Assembly: GCA_964016885.1 (NCBI GenBank)
Contig: OZ024741.1
Location: forward strand, 270,816,001-270,880,000
Length of the DNA stretch: 64,000 nucleotides
DNA from: Eledone cirrhosa
Taxonomy: Eukaryota
Direction: 5' to 3'
Notes under the pieces: model-generated
Databases searched by the model: none
Seen by the model: only the letters and a program-made list of their open reading frames with translations
Told to the model about the DNA's origin: nothing
Program-made: the position numbers and the translations under genes
Shown: positions 25,231 through 38,200 of the stretch, piece by piece
Numbering within the stretch: the stretch's first letter is position 1
Layout: every line of letters starts with the position of its first letter

Positions 25231-25777
25231 GTAGATAAATCTACCAAGAGTTTACGGTAGTGTCCAATCCGTATGAAGAACTCAATGTAATTGATACTTT
25301 CTGTATCTGGATCTAAATATGTGTGGCAGTGTTTATGTGCGCGCATTAATGTCCATATGCTTATGATAATAGTATATACACATATATGTGTGTGGGGGTG
25401 TGTGTGTGTATGTATGTTCGTGGTTGTGTGTATGTTTATGCGTATACGCGCGTGTGTGTGTGAATGTACGTATATGTGTGAGTATATGAATGTGTGTATA
25501 TATTTATTTTTTTATTTTTATATTTATATGTTTATATATTTTATCTGTAGATTATAAACATACAGAAACATTAGCCTTGAATTTTTGTATTTACATACAT
25601 CTTTTCGGCATGCGTATGCATGTGAACATATATTTTTATGCATATCTGTGAACGAAGTTACTTACATATATACACACACCTAACTGTATAAACTTTTTGT
25701 GTTTTCATTGGTCAATTTGAACTCTGTTCCCAAACAGACCTGTAATTTTGAATTGTTGTTATTATCAATAAATATAT

Positions 25778-25931
25778 TTCATTATTTCTGAAGACGGCAT
25801 ATATATGTGTTGGTATGTATATTTAATTTTGATAGTTTGTATAATTTTGTATAATTTTGTACATAGATCTGTTGAATATGCATGCCAATTCTAACACATA
25901 TATATCCTAGAAAGGATCGTTAAATAATGAA
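25778..25931 (+). ncRNA. Type I HHR homolog of the 17313 motif, with a stem III mutation
   Basis: ttcattattt-CTGAAGA...GAAAG-gatc-GTT-aaataatgaa (10-bp stem I). Confidence 0.68.
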
Positions 25932-26055
25932 CTTTTTTTGTTTAATATAAGGAACTGTTTCATTGTTTTATTCATTATTTTTTTAATATTTTATATATAT
26001 GTATATATATTACGCAATATTATGTTATAAAATGATAATATATATTTATTTACAC

Positions 26056-26086
<31 letters not shown>

Positions 26087-26175
26087 ATGTAAAAGGTAAA
26101 CAGAAATAACAACACAATCGGTACAGTGTATGGAAGGTATACATTAGGTTAACGCTTGATATAGCAGGAAGAGGG

Positions 26176-26211
26176 TCTTAACGTTTTGGACGCTAGTCTT
26201 ACATCAGAAGA
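26176..26211 (-). ncRNA. Decayed minimal HHR
   Basis: tctt-CTGATGT-aa gac tagc gtc c-AAAAC-GTT-aaga; two core changes. Confidence 0.35.
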
Positions 26212-26312
26212 AAGAATGAGAAATAAAATAGATTGAGGGGACGGGCGGGATAGAATTGGAAAAAATGTCTTTAGATAAAAATAACAGGTCCATTCATGTT
26301 GACATCTCTCGG

Positions 26313-26382
<70 letters not shown>

Positions 26383-26396
26383 CATATATATATATA

Positions 26397-27283
26397 CGAG
26401 GTGTGTCAGAAAAGTTCCAGGACTGATGTCACAAAAGATTTATTTCAAACCCAAACTTCACACTAAGAGTTTTCTCCTTCAAAGTAATCCCCTTGGAATC
26501 TAATGCACTTTTCCATCCTTTTCTACCATGCTTGCATGCACTCCTGGAAGGATTCTTCCGGGCTCCTCCACAGTTCCGTCGTCACAGCCTTTTTGATGTC
26601 GTCCACGTCTTCAAAACGCGTCCCCTCCGGGTCGTACTCAAAGATCCATGACTCATCACCGGGGATGACCCTCCCTAGCAAGTCTGGTTCGGTTTCAAGA
26701 CGCTCAAGGATGTCCTGGCACACTTGCATACGTCGACTCTTCTGGTCATCGTTCAGCAGTTTTGGCACCATCTTCGCGCAGACTTTCCACGTGTCCAAAT
26801 CTTCAGTGAGAATCTTCCAGACGCTGTCCCCATTCATGCCCAGCTCATTTGCCATCAGTCGAACAGTCAGCTGACGATCGCTACGCACCATCTGCCTGAC
26901 GTGCTCACCGTTGACCTGAGTCCTGGTTGTTGAGGGCCTTCCGCTCCTGGGGTCATCTTCCACGTCCTCAAAAACACGTGAGCTTGACATCGTCTCATCT
27001 CCATACACTTGCTGCAGCAATCCCAGTGCTTCTGACGGAGTTTTCCGCAACCCTACTAAAAACTTCAAGTTTGTTCGTTGCTCTGTGCTCATTGCTTGAC
27101 GACCTGAAACAGAGGACATGTATATAAAATTATGAAGAAAAAAGTTTGATCGCTGCAGAGAGCTAAGATTACAGTTACATACTCCAGGGGGATTACTTTG
27201 AAGGAGAAAACTCTTATTGTAAAGTTTGTGTTTGAAATAAATCTTTTGTGACATCAGTCCTGGAACGTTTCTGACACACCTCA
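26397..27283 (-). mobile_element. Internally deleted mariner (Tc1/mariner) DNA transposon
   Basis: ~55-bp TIRs (CGAGGTGTGTCAGAAA...) with TA flanks; ORF has an HTH, KMVPKLL and GDESWIFEYDPE fused directly to the C-terminal RFEDVDDIK. Confidence 0.92.
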
Positions 27284-27359
27284 TATATATATGTGGTGAC
27301 AGTCAAGTTTGCAATTTTCAACAGTTGAAAATTGCAAACTTGACTGTCACCACACATTA

Positions 27360-27398
27360 TGAACCTGAAGATTGCGAAAGCATGAAAGTACTTGTTCA
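27360..27398 (+). ncRNA. Minimal type I HHR just downstream of a 60-bp palindrome (27293-27353)
   Basis: tgaac-CTGAAGA-t tgc gaaa gca t-GAAAG-ta-CTT-gttca. Confidence 0.85.
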
Positions 27399-27576
27399 AT
27401 TAACACTTAACATTTAATACTCTATCATACTATTTCATTATAATACCATTATAAATTTTAAAGGATTGTAAATAAAACGAGTAAATCAGACAAAGTTGGA
27501 ATTCCTCTTATTAATATAATCTTCTATACACAATCATACACACCCGTGTATATTTATCTATCTATCTCTCTCTCTC

Positions 27577-27630
<54 letters not shown>

Positions 27631-27880
27631 ATATATATATATATATAGATATATAGATAGATAGATTTCTTTATTTACCATAAAGGCATAAAAAGAAGGG
27701 ACAAATACAAAGGGGGAGTTTACATATAATCGAGTAAAAAGGGTGTAACATGAAAATAATCGAAAATAACCTCAAAAGGGAGGGGACGTGATGGGGGTTG
27801 CACACACCCCCGAAAAAGTGTGCAATCCTTTGCCCGGGGAGCACATGGAGAAGGTGCTCCCCTCTCCTTTACTTCTTTAC

Positions 27881-30800
27881 CTACAGGATGGTATACAGAG
27901 AAGGCCCATTTACACGAGCCATTCTCGCCACTATCACCCACCTTTCATAAAACTGCCTGTGGCCAAGCACCTCTCTCTCCATTCTTATCCTTCTTCCGAA
28001 GTGATATCGGAAGAAGTAGACCAGACTATGGCCAGAGAGGAAGTTGCCTGACCTCAGACCTTTCAATCGTGTCCACCAAACAACCTCTTTCAACATGGCT
28101 ATTACGCACAGAAAAACCGCCTTTGCTTCCTTTGTGAAGAGGGGAGGCGGTTTGATTGTCATCACGGACTCGGCGGTCAATTTAATCGGCGCCACCCGCG
28201 ACAGCAGTTGTTCGGCGTAGCCCCACAGATCAGCCACGCCCGGACATTGCACCAATGCGTGCGCCACGGTTTCTTCGTGACGCACGCATCTAGGGCAAAT
28301 CTTTTTTGAGGGATCCCTGTCCGGGCGCCCGTGTCTGTAGAGCCTCTCTCGAACGGGTAGAGCCCCTCGGTAGCACTGCCAGGCCAGTGACTTCTGGAAG
28401 TTGTCCATTGGTCCTGGGCCGAAAGTCCTACCGAACAGGCTGGCCAGTTAGTCTTCTTCCATGTCCAGCGACTCTCCAAGGGTGTCATCGCCCCTGCTAG
28501 CCACCAGCCCTCTATAGAATGATGAGGTGGATTCTCCACCGATGGCCCGGCCCGCTTGCCAGAGAGCCCTGAGCGCCTGAGCACACTCAGTGTGCCAGTC
28601 TCCCAGTTTTCCGGATCTTTGCTTGACCCAGGACTGTAGCTCGGTGAGTGAGACGAGTCTCGGAAAGGCTCGTTTCACGAACGGAGCCCACACCGGTTGA
28701 CCAGTGAGGAATACCTGTAGGTGCCGTAGCCTTAATGCGTGCCTACGCATCATCAACCACGGCATCCCCAGCCCTCCTTTCGAAGGTTGTTGGTAGCAGA
28801 TGGATCTTCTCACCATAGGAGGACGCTTCTTCCAAAGAAATTGGAAGAGCATGCGTTCCATGGTGGTGAGTGTTTCCTTAGGGCAAGGCACGACAGTCAG
28901 GCGGTAGTAAGTGACGGACGCTATGTAAATGTTCGCCACCTCCGCCCGGCCTTTTAGGGACAGCTTACACTTGGCCCATTTCTGGGTTAGTGCAAACACC
29001 TTGTTCGTAACCTCGTTCCAGTTCTTTTCCACCTGGAGGTCCGGTCCAAACCAGACCCCAAGAAACTTTACCGGGCCCTCCGTCCAGTGTCCGACGACAC
29101 CGTCAGGAGGCATCGGTTTGCCTCTCCACGTTCCGAGTTGCAGCCCGATGGATTTTTCCCGGTTCAGTTTCGCTCCTGACAACCTTTCGTACTCCTCCAG
29201 TAAGGTACCGATCGCCTCGATCTCCGAGTCGGTTGATACCATTACTGTTACGTCATCGGCGTAGGCCGACACCGCTTTGCTCAATCCTGGTTCCAGGGGG
29301 ATACCCTGCAACAACTCCAACTTCCTCAGTAAAGGCTCGAGAGTCAATACGTACAGAAGGGAGGAGAGAGGGCACCCCTGTCGAATGGATCGTGTGATTT
29401 CGAACGGCTTCGAAAGGTAGCCGTTCACCTTGATCCTAGAACAGATGTGGTTGCTATGTAGGGCAGTGATCCAGCCTCTGAAAACAGGACCGAACCCAGC
29501 CGCCGCTAGCACCGCATCCAGGTAACCATGGTCGACCCTATCGAAGGCCTTAGACTGATCCAAGTTGATCAGGGCCCCACCGAAGCCGGGTTTGTTGCCA
29601 ACCCTCTCTATGATGTATCGCATGAGGTGGAGGTTATCGTGAATGGACCTGGATGGGATAGCACATGTCTGCGCATCTCCCACCAGGCCACCCACGACAA
29701 GCGCCAACCTCTTTGCTAACACCTTGGCCAAAATCTTTAACTCTGTGTTTAGCAGGGTTATGGGCCGAAAATTATTTATACTATCCCCCTTGTTCTCGTC
29801 CTTCCTCACCAGCGTGACTACGCCCTTGGCTACAGAACAAGGAATTCTCCCGTTCTGCTGCCAATTGCAGTAGACCGCTTCGAGGAGTTCGGAGAAGAAG
29901 ACCGGCATTGCTAAATAAAGTTCGTAAGGTATACCATCGAGACCTGGAGATTTGCGTCTGCTGCATTGGCTCAGCGCATCTCCGATTTCATCAGCCGAGA
30001 TTGGTCCCTCGCAGGACTCTGCCTCTTTGTTCGAGAGACGCGGCAGGCCGTCGAGGTATGGACCGAAATCCACGCCCCGGCCCGGACCCTCGCCTCCCCC
30101 GAACAATCGGGCAAAGTGCTTTTGAAAGGCCTCGCACATCTGCTTAGGCTCCCGGATCACTCGTCCATCTTCGTCTTGCAACGACCGGATGGTGGATCGA
30201 TTTCCACTTTTAGCTTCTGTCACGCGGGCCCATCCAACGGCTTTGGCGCCCTCATTACCTAGAGCACGTATTTTACTTCGAATGACGCAGCCTTCATGCT
30301 TTGCATCGAAAAACTGGTTCAAGGCCGTCCTCGATGCCAGCACTCTGGCCACATCTTCGCTCTTGATTGCCTCTTCTAATTTACCTGTTAATTCTTTCTC
30401 GTTTCTATTCCTATTGGCAGCTAACATCTTGCTATAACTTATTGATTCTGTTCTAATCTCTCTTTTGAGAGATGCCCACCATCGGTTGTTGACGATTGCA
30501 CCCGTCAACCTCTCCTTAACTAATCTGCTAATCCGGTTTCTGTAAGTCTCTTTTGCCGGTAAAGACAAATTAAGTTTCCAGTAACCGGGACCCTGTCTAT
30601 GTGTTTTCTCGAGATTGACCACGCAGGTCACTAATTTGTGATCCGTGTAGCCAACCGTGCGCATTTCTGGACAGCTTAATATGTCCCTATCCTTACTTCT
30701 AACTAAGAATCTATCTAAGTACGATCTAGCTTGACCACTGTGGTTTCTCCAAGTCCAGGTAGGCACAGTTGGAAAATCTAGTCGATATCTATCGACCAAG

Positions 30801-31318
30801 TTAAAACGGTCGAGTAACCCCTTGAGGCTGTTACACCCCCCTCTATTAGGACATGCTCCTGCATAGTCCCAACGTGCATCCAGGATGTCATTCCAATCCC
30901 CCGCTAGAAGCAGGGAACGCGACGTTCCCAGAAAAGTCTCCAAACGCTGGAAGAAGTCGGGCCGTTCAGCTCCGAAAGGGGAGTAGACGGCGACCAGTCT
31001 CAAGGCCGCACTTTCACTACTGCCAACGTCTAGCACCAACAAACGACCCTCCGGGTCCGAGTGCACAACCTGTACGGCAAGACCCAGGTGTTTTTGCAGC
31101 AGCACGACAACCCCACCCCCACCTCCAGGTTGACAGAGAGATGCATGCACCTCAAAGTCATCGAAGGTGGGGGCCAGCTGCCGCATGACGCTGATTCGAG
31201 TCTCACAGATAACCATTACATTTATACTACATGACCTGAGGTCATTTAGAAGCTTTGCTTGCTTCCAAGTTGAGCCCAGGCCACGTGCATTCAAACATCC
31301 TACTCTTAACACATCCAT
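27881..31318 (-). CDS. LINE ORF2 (APE endonuclease, RT, C-terminal Cys/His finger) with one in-frame TAA at 28448-28450
   Basis: LNARGL, GDWN, YLDRF, TDHK, WKLN, DQSKAFD, RQGCPLS, YADD and CPRC..EETVAHALVQC; the 956-aa and 175-aa ORFs share a frame. Confidence 0.9.
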
Positions 31319-31351
31319 GTGGGCGGCAGAGCCAAAGGAGAGTGTAGAGAC

Positions 31352-33229
31352 CTACCTTTCCGCTTCCCGGGGTTCGGGTTGCACGACTTCCATGGGGTCG
31401 GGGGTGTTGGGTGAAGGGGTGTCTTGTGGTGGTGTGGGGTCGTCGGTGTGTGGTGGGGTTGGGGTGTTTGGAGTTGTGTTGGGGAGGGGAAGGGGAGGGG
31501 GAAAGCTTTTTAGTAGGACGCGGTTTATGGGTTTGACAGAGGGTGGTCCTACGTCCTCCTTAAAATCCTTTTTTAGTTTTTGGTAGAGGTTCATTGGGAT
31601 TTTTATTAGTTTTAAATGTGGGTGGTTTTCTGATGAAACAAAGTTTACACCTTCGGTTTGTACCGAAGGATTATTGTATATGAGTTCATTTAATTTATTA
31701 TTGTTTCTGTTGATGTAAGTATATTGTAATGTCCTTTTTTCCGATGGTGTGAGTGTTTCGAAGAGGGGAGGGGCAGGTTTGGTTTTGTTTGTTGCTGGAG
31801 GGGTGTTTTCTGTTTTGTTAGATTGTGTTGCGATTTGGGTGGGGGTTGTTTGTCCTTGTGTGTTTTGCACATGTTTTCTTTTTTTCCTTTTAATCTGTCT
31901 GAAGGACTCCGTTTCTTCCTCCGAATTCGTTGGGTTATCTTCAGTGTTGGAGGGAAGAGGTATGTTTGCTGGTAATGTTTCCGTGTTGGTTTTCTTTGTG
32001 GGGGAGATGGATGTCACTATGTTAGACTGTGTTGTGTGTTGTGTCTGCGGTGGTTGTGTTGTTTTATTGAGTGAGAGGTTGGGTGGGCCTGTATTTTGTT
32101 TTGGGGTAATGTGTTGTGACTGTTTGTGTTGTGGTGGTGTTGTGGTGTTACTGAGGGACGGGTTGGGTGGGACTGAGTTTTGTTGTTTGTTTATCTGTTG
32201 TGGTGGTGGTGGTGGAGCTGGTGTTGGTAGCAGGGTTTTCTTTTTGTTGAGTTGGGGACAAGCGGCCTTCAGGTGCCCTCTGCCTGCACAGATATGGCAG
32301 GACGGCCTTCTCCCCTCCACGCTAATGTTTATATACCCGTGGTCCTCTAATAGGATTCTGTCGGGTATTTGGGCGATGCGTTCAGGCTTCATTTGTACTA
32401 CCAGCTCTATACCTGTTCCACTGAACGCATTGCCTGTGGTTTTCCCAATGGAAATCACGTTGTCATTCACTGGATCGATGAAGCCAGCTATGAGCCAGCA
32501 GTAGTCCACATCTGGCATCATTGCATCCAGCCATATGCGTTGAGTTTTTTTTCCCATATAAGATGGATAAAAGGTGAAATTTTTCGAACGAATCGGTGAC
32601 AAAGCACATTTTTTTGCCGCCGATTCGTTCTTCATGATAATTGCTAGGCTTCCATACAGTCTGTCTTTTCTTATGAAAGTTGTTTCATTCAGTACTTCTG
32701 CGAGTACTGTTTTGATATCTGCTTGAGAAGGCTGTTCAGGTTTTTTTGTACTGTTGTTGATGGTCCGAAACTTGACCGTTCGGCTTTCAATGTCTTTCGT
32801 GAATTCTTGAGGCATTTTTACCAATAAAATACCATTCTCACCTTCACTTATGTATTGTTTTGCGTCCGTGATCCTTCGTACCACATCTGAAATGTTTTCC
32901 GCTATATAAGTCAAAGATTTCTTTGTTTTCTGTGCAAATGAAATCTTGTCGTCTGCTTTGTTTTCTGATATGATGTTATTTTCAACTGTTATTTTTTTGT
33001 TTGTTGTGTCTTTGTTTGTGTTATTAGTATTGTCATGCAATTTTTCAAATTTTTTTTTTTCGTTGTTTTCGTCATTTAATTTTTTCTCCGCAGATTCGTT
33101 CGTTTTTATTTTCATTTTTCCTTCCTTCTCTATGACGTTAGTTGGGAAGGAAGGGAGGACTAAAGCGTGCGAGCTTACAACTCTTACCGCTGTCCCCCCA
33201 CCACTATTTTCGTTCGCTGCGTTTAACAT
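31352..33229 (-). CDS. LINE ORF1 (gag-like, CCHC zinc knuckle, Pro/Thr-rich C-terminus)
   Basis: 625-aa ORF directly upstream of ORF2; CHICAGRGHLKAAC. Confidence 0.88.
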   Translation of the reverse strand: MLNAANENSGGGTAVRVVSSHALVLPSFPTNVIEKEGKMKIKTNESAEKKLNDENNEKKKFEKLHDNTNNTNKDTTNKKITVENNIISENKADDKISFAQKTKKSLTYIAENISDVVRRITDAKQYISEGENGILLVKMPQEFTKDIESRTVKFRTINNSTKKPEQPSQADIKTVLAEVLNETTFIRKDRLYGSLAIIMKNESAAKKCALSPIRSKNFTFYPSYMGKKTQRIWLDAMMPDVDYCWLIAGFIDPVNDNVISIGKTTGNAFSGTGIELVVQMKPERIAQIPDRILLEDHGYINISVEGRRPSCHICAGRGHLKAACPQLNKKKTLLPTPAPPPPPQQINKQQNSVPPNPSLSNTTTPPQHKQSQHITPKQNTGPPNLSLNKTTQPPQTQHTTQSNIVTSISPTKKTNTETLPANIPLPSNTEDNPTNSEEETESFRQIKRKKRKHVQNTQGQTTPTQIATQSNKTENTPPATNKTKPAPPLFETLTPSEKRTLQYTYINRNNNKLNELIYNNPSVQTEGVNFVSSENHPHLKLIKIPMNLYQKLKKDFKEDVGPPSVKPINRVLLKSFPPPLPLPNTTPNTPTPPHTDDPTPPQDTPSPNTPDPMEVVQPEPREAER

Positions 33230-33584
33230 TTCTGTTAGACGATTGAAAGTTTTTACACAAAATTTTTTAAAACAGGTTTTTCACCTCTAGGAGGGGTAAA
33301 GATGAGCTGACCCACCGCCTGACAGTTCAGACGGAGGGTCAAGCTACACAATTGTATCAAAATTAAGTTTGAACTCACAAAATTTCCTCAATAAATTTGA
33401 ACAAAACTTCTGTGCGAAGTGAATGACATCCACACTGTAGAACAGACGACAGCTAGATTAATAGATATATAGATAGATAGATAGATAAATATACACGGGT
33501 GTGTATGATTGTGTATAGAAGATTATATTAATAAGAGGAATTCCAACTTTGTCTGATATATATATATATATATATATATATTTT

Positions 33585-35255
33585 ATTTCTGAATTTGTTT
33601 AGCAAGATTCTTTATCTGAAATCGTGTGTTGAAACCGATATTGTTATACTTTGGGAGGGTCATGTTGCCAATAAGAAACACACGCACCAGTTGCTTTCAC
33701 TTCAATTTATTATATATTTGTAAATTTACAAATTTACAAATTTACAAACTTATAAATTTCTGGTTGGTTGGTTGGTTCCACAACCAGATAGTTGTTTATA
33801 TATATAGTCATAGTCTTTTCGTCACACACTCTGTGACCTCTTCAGTGACTGGGGATTCCTTTCTTCGTTTCTGTGCCTTTCCTTTCTTCTATCCTACGCC
33901 ATTTTGTTTCTGTGTGTGTGTTGTGTGCTCAGTTTGCGCATGCGCCACATCCGGGTGTCTGTGTGTGTTTGTGTTCATTTTTCTATTTTTCTATTTATAT
34001 TTTTCTATTTGTTTATTTATTTATTTATTTATTGTTGGTTGGTTGTTTGTTCTATGTGTGTGTGTGTTTTCATTTTGTCCTGTGTGTGTTTTCATTTTGT
34101 GTGTGTTTTCAATTGTAAGTTGTTTGTTCTATGTGTGTGTGTGTTTTCATTTTGTCCTTAGTTGTAAGTTGTGATGTTGCTGTTCCACTCATATTTTCTA
34201 TTTAATTTTGGTTTTAATTCTTTTATGCTTACTGCCTCTGTAATTTGCCTAAACATTGCGTCTTTTCTGTGTGTGGATTCTATTTTTATTTCTATGCTCT
34301 CTAATCTACCCCTGTGTTCTATCTTAGCATGTTGGTAGAGCACAGATGATTCTTTATTATCTTGGAGGTCTCGCCAGTGTTCATTTATTCGTTCCCCTAT
34401 ACTACGAGCTGTCTCACCTATGTACACTATATTTTTGTTTCTACATTGTCCTTCAGTACATCTTATGCTATACACTACATTTCTAGTTTTACAGTTAATA
34501 TGGGGGCTTATTTTACAGGTTATACATTTCTTATCTATACATGAGGGTCTTTGGAACGGGTATGTCTTGCTAATAAGTGTTTTTACGGAGGTACCAGGTC
34601 TTTCTACTATCTTAATATTGAGATTATGTTTATTTAGGGCCCTTCTAAATTTGTAGGCTAGTTCGCCTCTAGGGGTTGTATTGATGAACATTACACTCTG
34701 GTATTTATTGCTATCATACCATGAGTTTATTCTATTGGCCTTGTTCCTAGTTCTTTCTATTCTATTCCAAAATTTGCTCCTATACAAGGGGCAGGTCCCA
34801 TTTATGTCATTATTTACCATTTTTCCCCATTTGGTTCTGGCTCCTTTATACACTCTGATTCTATCTCTCTGATTGTAGCCAGAGAACTGCATACGGTGGA
34901 TGAAGTGTTGTATGTGTCTCTCTAGTTCTTCGGGGTTGCACATGCGGGACACATTTCTCATCACCCGTACCAAATCCGCAATCAGTATGTTGATTTTGGT
35001 ATGGTCCGAAATGGCCGAGTTTCGGTGGATCAGATGTTTGGAAGTCATGGGTTTGGCATAATGGGAATGGAGGATTTGTTTTTGGTTGTTAATGGTATCT
35101 AACCAGAGCTCTGTGTCTAGTACAGGTAATCGATGGTTGGGGTGTCTACTTGGGTAGTCTATAGTAACTCAAATGCTCTGGTGGATGGAGTTTGCTATTT
35201 GCTGGATGCTTTCCATTGTGTTTTTCTCTAGTTCCTGACTGTTCTTTAGTGGGGG
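33585..35255 (-). mobile_element. 5'-truncated Penelope-like element (RT thumb, GIY-YIG, 3' region with HHR)
   Basis: RLPVLDTELW, KPMTSK, MQFSGY, NVVYSIRC...VYIGETARSIGERINEH and ITEAVSI...PKLN in or near ORF 34158-35048. Confidence 0.9.
33806..33850 (-). ncRNA. Minimal type I HHR in the Penelope 3' region
   Basis: agtca-CTGAAGA-g gtcaca gagtg tgtgac-GAAA-aga-CTA-tgact; stem III imperfect. Confidence 0.7.
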
Positions 35256-38200
35256 TGTCCACCACACAATAAATACTTGGAGGAATTCGTGACTTAAATG
35301 TATAACATAGTGTCCAACCTTAAGTTTAGGAAAAACCCACTCAGGAGAAAAAGTTACCTGAGACGACTGAATGGTGATCTAGTAAAATTGAAGAACTCGA
35401 CCGGCATTTTAGTGCACGCAGACAAGACTAATAACCTGTACAATATGGATAAAGTAACTTATGATGATTTGATAAGCAGAGAACTTAGGAAAAGCTACAG
35501 AAAAACTACACGGGCCAACCTGGATTTAATTAACACGGAGGCCAATAGCGTCATGATTAAACTGGGTATTGAGGATAAAACCGAACCCTTCCATCCTAGA
35601 ACCCCGAGGATTTTGATGAAGGACCACAAATTGAACTTTGAATCATTAAGACCTGTCAGGCTGATGGCCCCTTCGAAGTCGGACATAGGAATCGTAAGTA
35701 AAAACATCCTTGATAAAATAATCCCCACCCTAGTTAGGAGATCGAAGCTCAAGTTGTGGTCAGGAACTAGTGAGGTAATTAACTGGTTTGAGAAATCGCA
35801 GAATAAGAATAGCACTAAGTTTATACAGTTCGATATCTCTAATTACTACTCTTCAATCTCTCCAACTCTTCTAGGTAGGGCCCTTAACTTTGTTAGCTTA
35901 CACACCGACCTTACATCCGAGGAAATTAGCATTATTCTCCTAGCTAGGAAAACCTTAATTGAATTCAACGGTGACCTGTGGACTAGGAGGGATTGGCCAG
36001 ACAATTTCGACATCACCATGGGATCCACAGACTCGGCCCAGGTGACGGATCTGGTGGGCCTTTACCTCCTTGACTGTCTCGGAGCGGAAATGCCCCACCT
36101 GGGAGGCGGCGCTTACTGTGACGACGCCTTGTTTACTGTGTCGTTCCATAATAATAGTATGGTAGAGAGGGTGAGGAAAAAACTTAGCATATTCTTCAAG
36201 AGCATAGACCTAAGTATAGTATTTGAAGAGAATTTAAAAATAGTTAATTTTCTAGATGTTACACTTAACCTCAATTCAGACTCTTCCAACCTTACCACAA
36301 ACCCAACGAGAATCTAAATTATGTCAACGCAAAATTGAACCACCCTAGAATAGTCACTAACGGTATTACCAAAAGCGCCTCTAGAGAATTTCAGGACTAT
36401 CTTCCAATGTAGATACCTTAATAAGATCTCGAATTACTATAATAGCGCCCTGGAACGCGCAGGGCATAGCGAGGGAATCTCATTCAAACGTCCATTAAAT
36501 AGTAGAAGTAACATTACCCACGATAGCTTAGGCCTAAATAGTGACACTCTAGTTAACAGCAGGCGGGATACGAGGGAGGATTCATATAGTCTTCATGTTG
36601 TACTGCCGCCTAGTCCCAGTGCTGTTGGTACTAATAGAAACAGCCACCCAGGTACTAACACTGGGTCTGAGGAACGTAACGCCAGCGGAAACTCTAATGG
36701 TAACCTTAATTGTGGAACCGATAAAACTACCGTTGAACGCAGTATGGAACGAGGGTCGAGTAGGGGGAATAGGGACAGGTGTAGCAGACGCATAGTGGAT
36801 ACAACCCCAGCTATCGAGGGTAAGCCCAATAGCCGCACGGGGGGTACACCGCCCTGGAGACTTGGGACGATTCCGAACACAATCGTGACACCCCAGGACA
36901 CCATCGCTCCACAAGTAATTTCCAATTACAATAGACCAGTAACTACTAGGGAGACAGGTAATTCTAATATAGTTAGTAGGAACAAGAGGCATCGGACCAG
37001 AAAAATCGTGTGGTATAATCCCCCTTACTCCACTGGCCTGACCACTAGTATAGCTAAGCTTTTCTTTAGGGCCTTAGAAAAATGCTTCCCTAGATCGCAC
37101 AGATATGATAAAATATTCAATAGAAATACCATCAAGCTGTCCTACTCCACAACTAGTAACATAGCTCAGAATATAGCTAAGATGAATTATAGTAGACTTA
37201 GGACAGCCAATGAGGGAATTAGGCATGGCAGGAACAATGGCAGCTCTATTGAGGAACTGACTCATACACGTGAGGCGAGTCGGGTCTCCCCAACCCCAGG
37301 GAATTTACCCATAGAGCAGACTGGAACTGAGACCCGACCCCAAAGGTACTGTGGTCCATCCGAACTACCCAGATCGATAGCAAAAAATGTAACTGCAGAA
37401 GCACCGCCACCTGTCCCATGGCTGGGAAATGCCTTACCAAAAACATAGTCTACGACTGTAAGGTCTCCACTCCTGATAGAACCTTTAGGTATGTTGGGGC
37501 AACTGCCACGGAATTTAAGGGTAGATGGTATAATCACCGCCATACCTTTAATAGATTAGATTAAAAAAATAGCACGGCACTTTCGGAATTAGTCTGGAAG
37601 CTTAAACATCAGAATATAGAGCACTCCTTATCCTGGTCCATAGTTTGCTCAGCCCAACCTTATAACGGCAGCACGGGCGTCTGCAATTTATGTATAGCTG
37701 AAACTTTTAATATTATTAGAGGCGGCCCCCTATTAATTAATAGAAGAGCAGATTTTTTCAGCAACTGTCAACATAGAACCTCGAAAACATTCCGCAGGAT
37801 TTTTGGAAGGTAACCTACCAATAGCTCCTCCCTCTACTTTAGCCATAGAGTTCTCTACACGTAGGTAGTTAGACGGCTAAGATTGTTTGCGCACTTGCAA
37901 ACAATACTCGGCCTGTTTCCACAGAGTTCTCACAGCTGAGTGCTCTCTTTTAGAATACCTAGCTAGTAAATAGTTAGATTGATTACACACTTAGTTAGGA
38001 CCGATTACGCTCTCTATACATAGCTCTACACACAGTACCCGTTTCCTTTAGACATTGAGCTCCCACATTTACGACTGTCACGTTCCTACCGACTGAACAC
38101 TACACCAGGTTTTGATGCGTGATCATCTAACCATGGAGGACTCACTGTTACGGATCGAACAATAATACTGACACACCATTAATGGGCCTACACACATCCT

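Larger units (their letters stand above)
27667..33460 (-). mobile_element. Full-length L1/Tx1-type LINE (~5.8 kb) with a candidate 22-bp TSD
   Basis: ORF1 plus ORF2; AATAAA at the 3' end; ATAGATATATAGATAGATAGAT at 27645-27666 and 33461-33482. Confidence 0.92.

Noticed and set aside
28448-28450. Programmed readthrough or A-to-I recoding of the ORF2 stop
   Set aside because: TAA would need double editing and is a poor readthrough codon; a point mutation or sequencing error is simpler
31749-32504. 251-aa plus-strand ORF
   Set aside because: It is the antisense shadow of the low-complexity LINE ORF1
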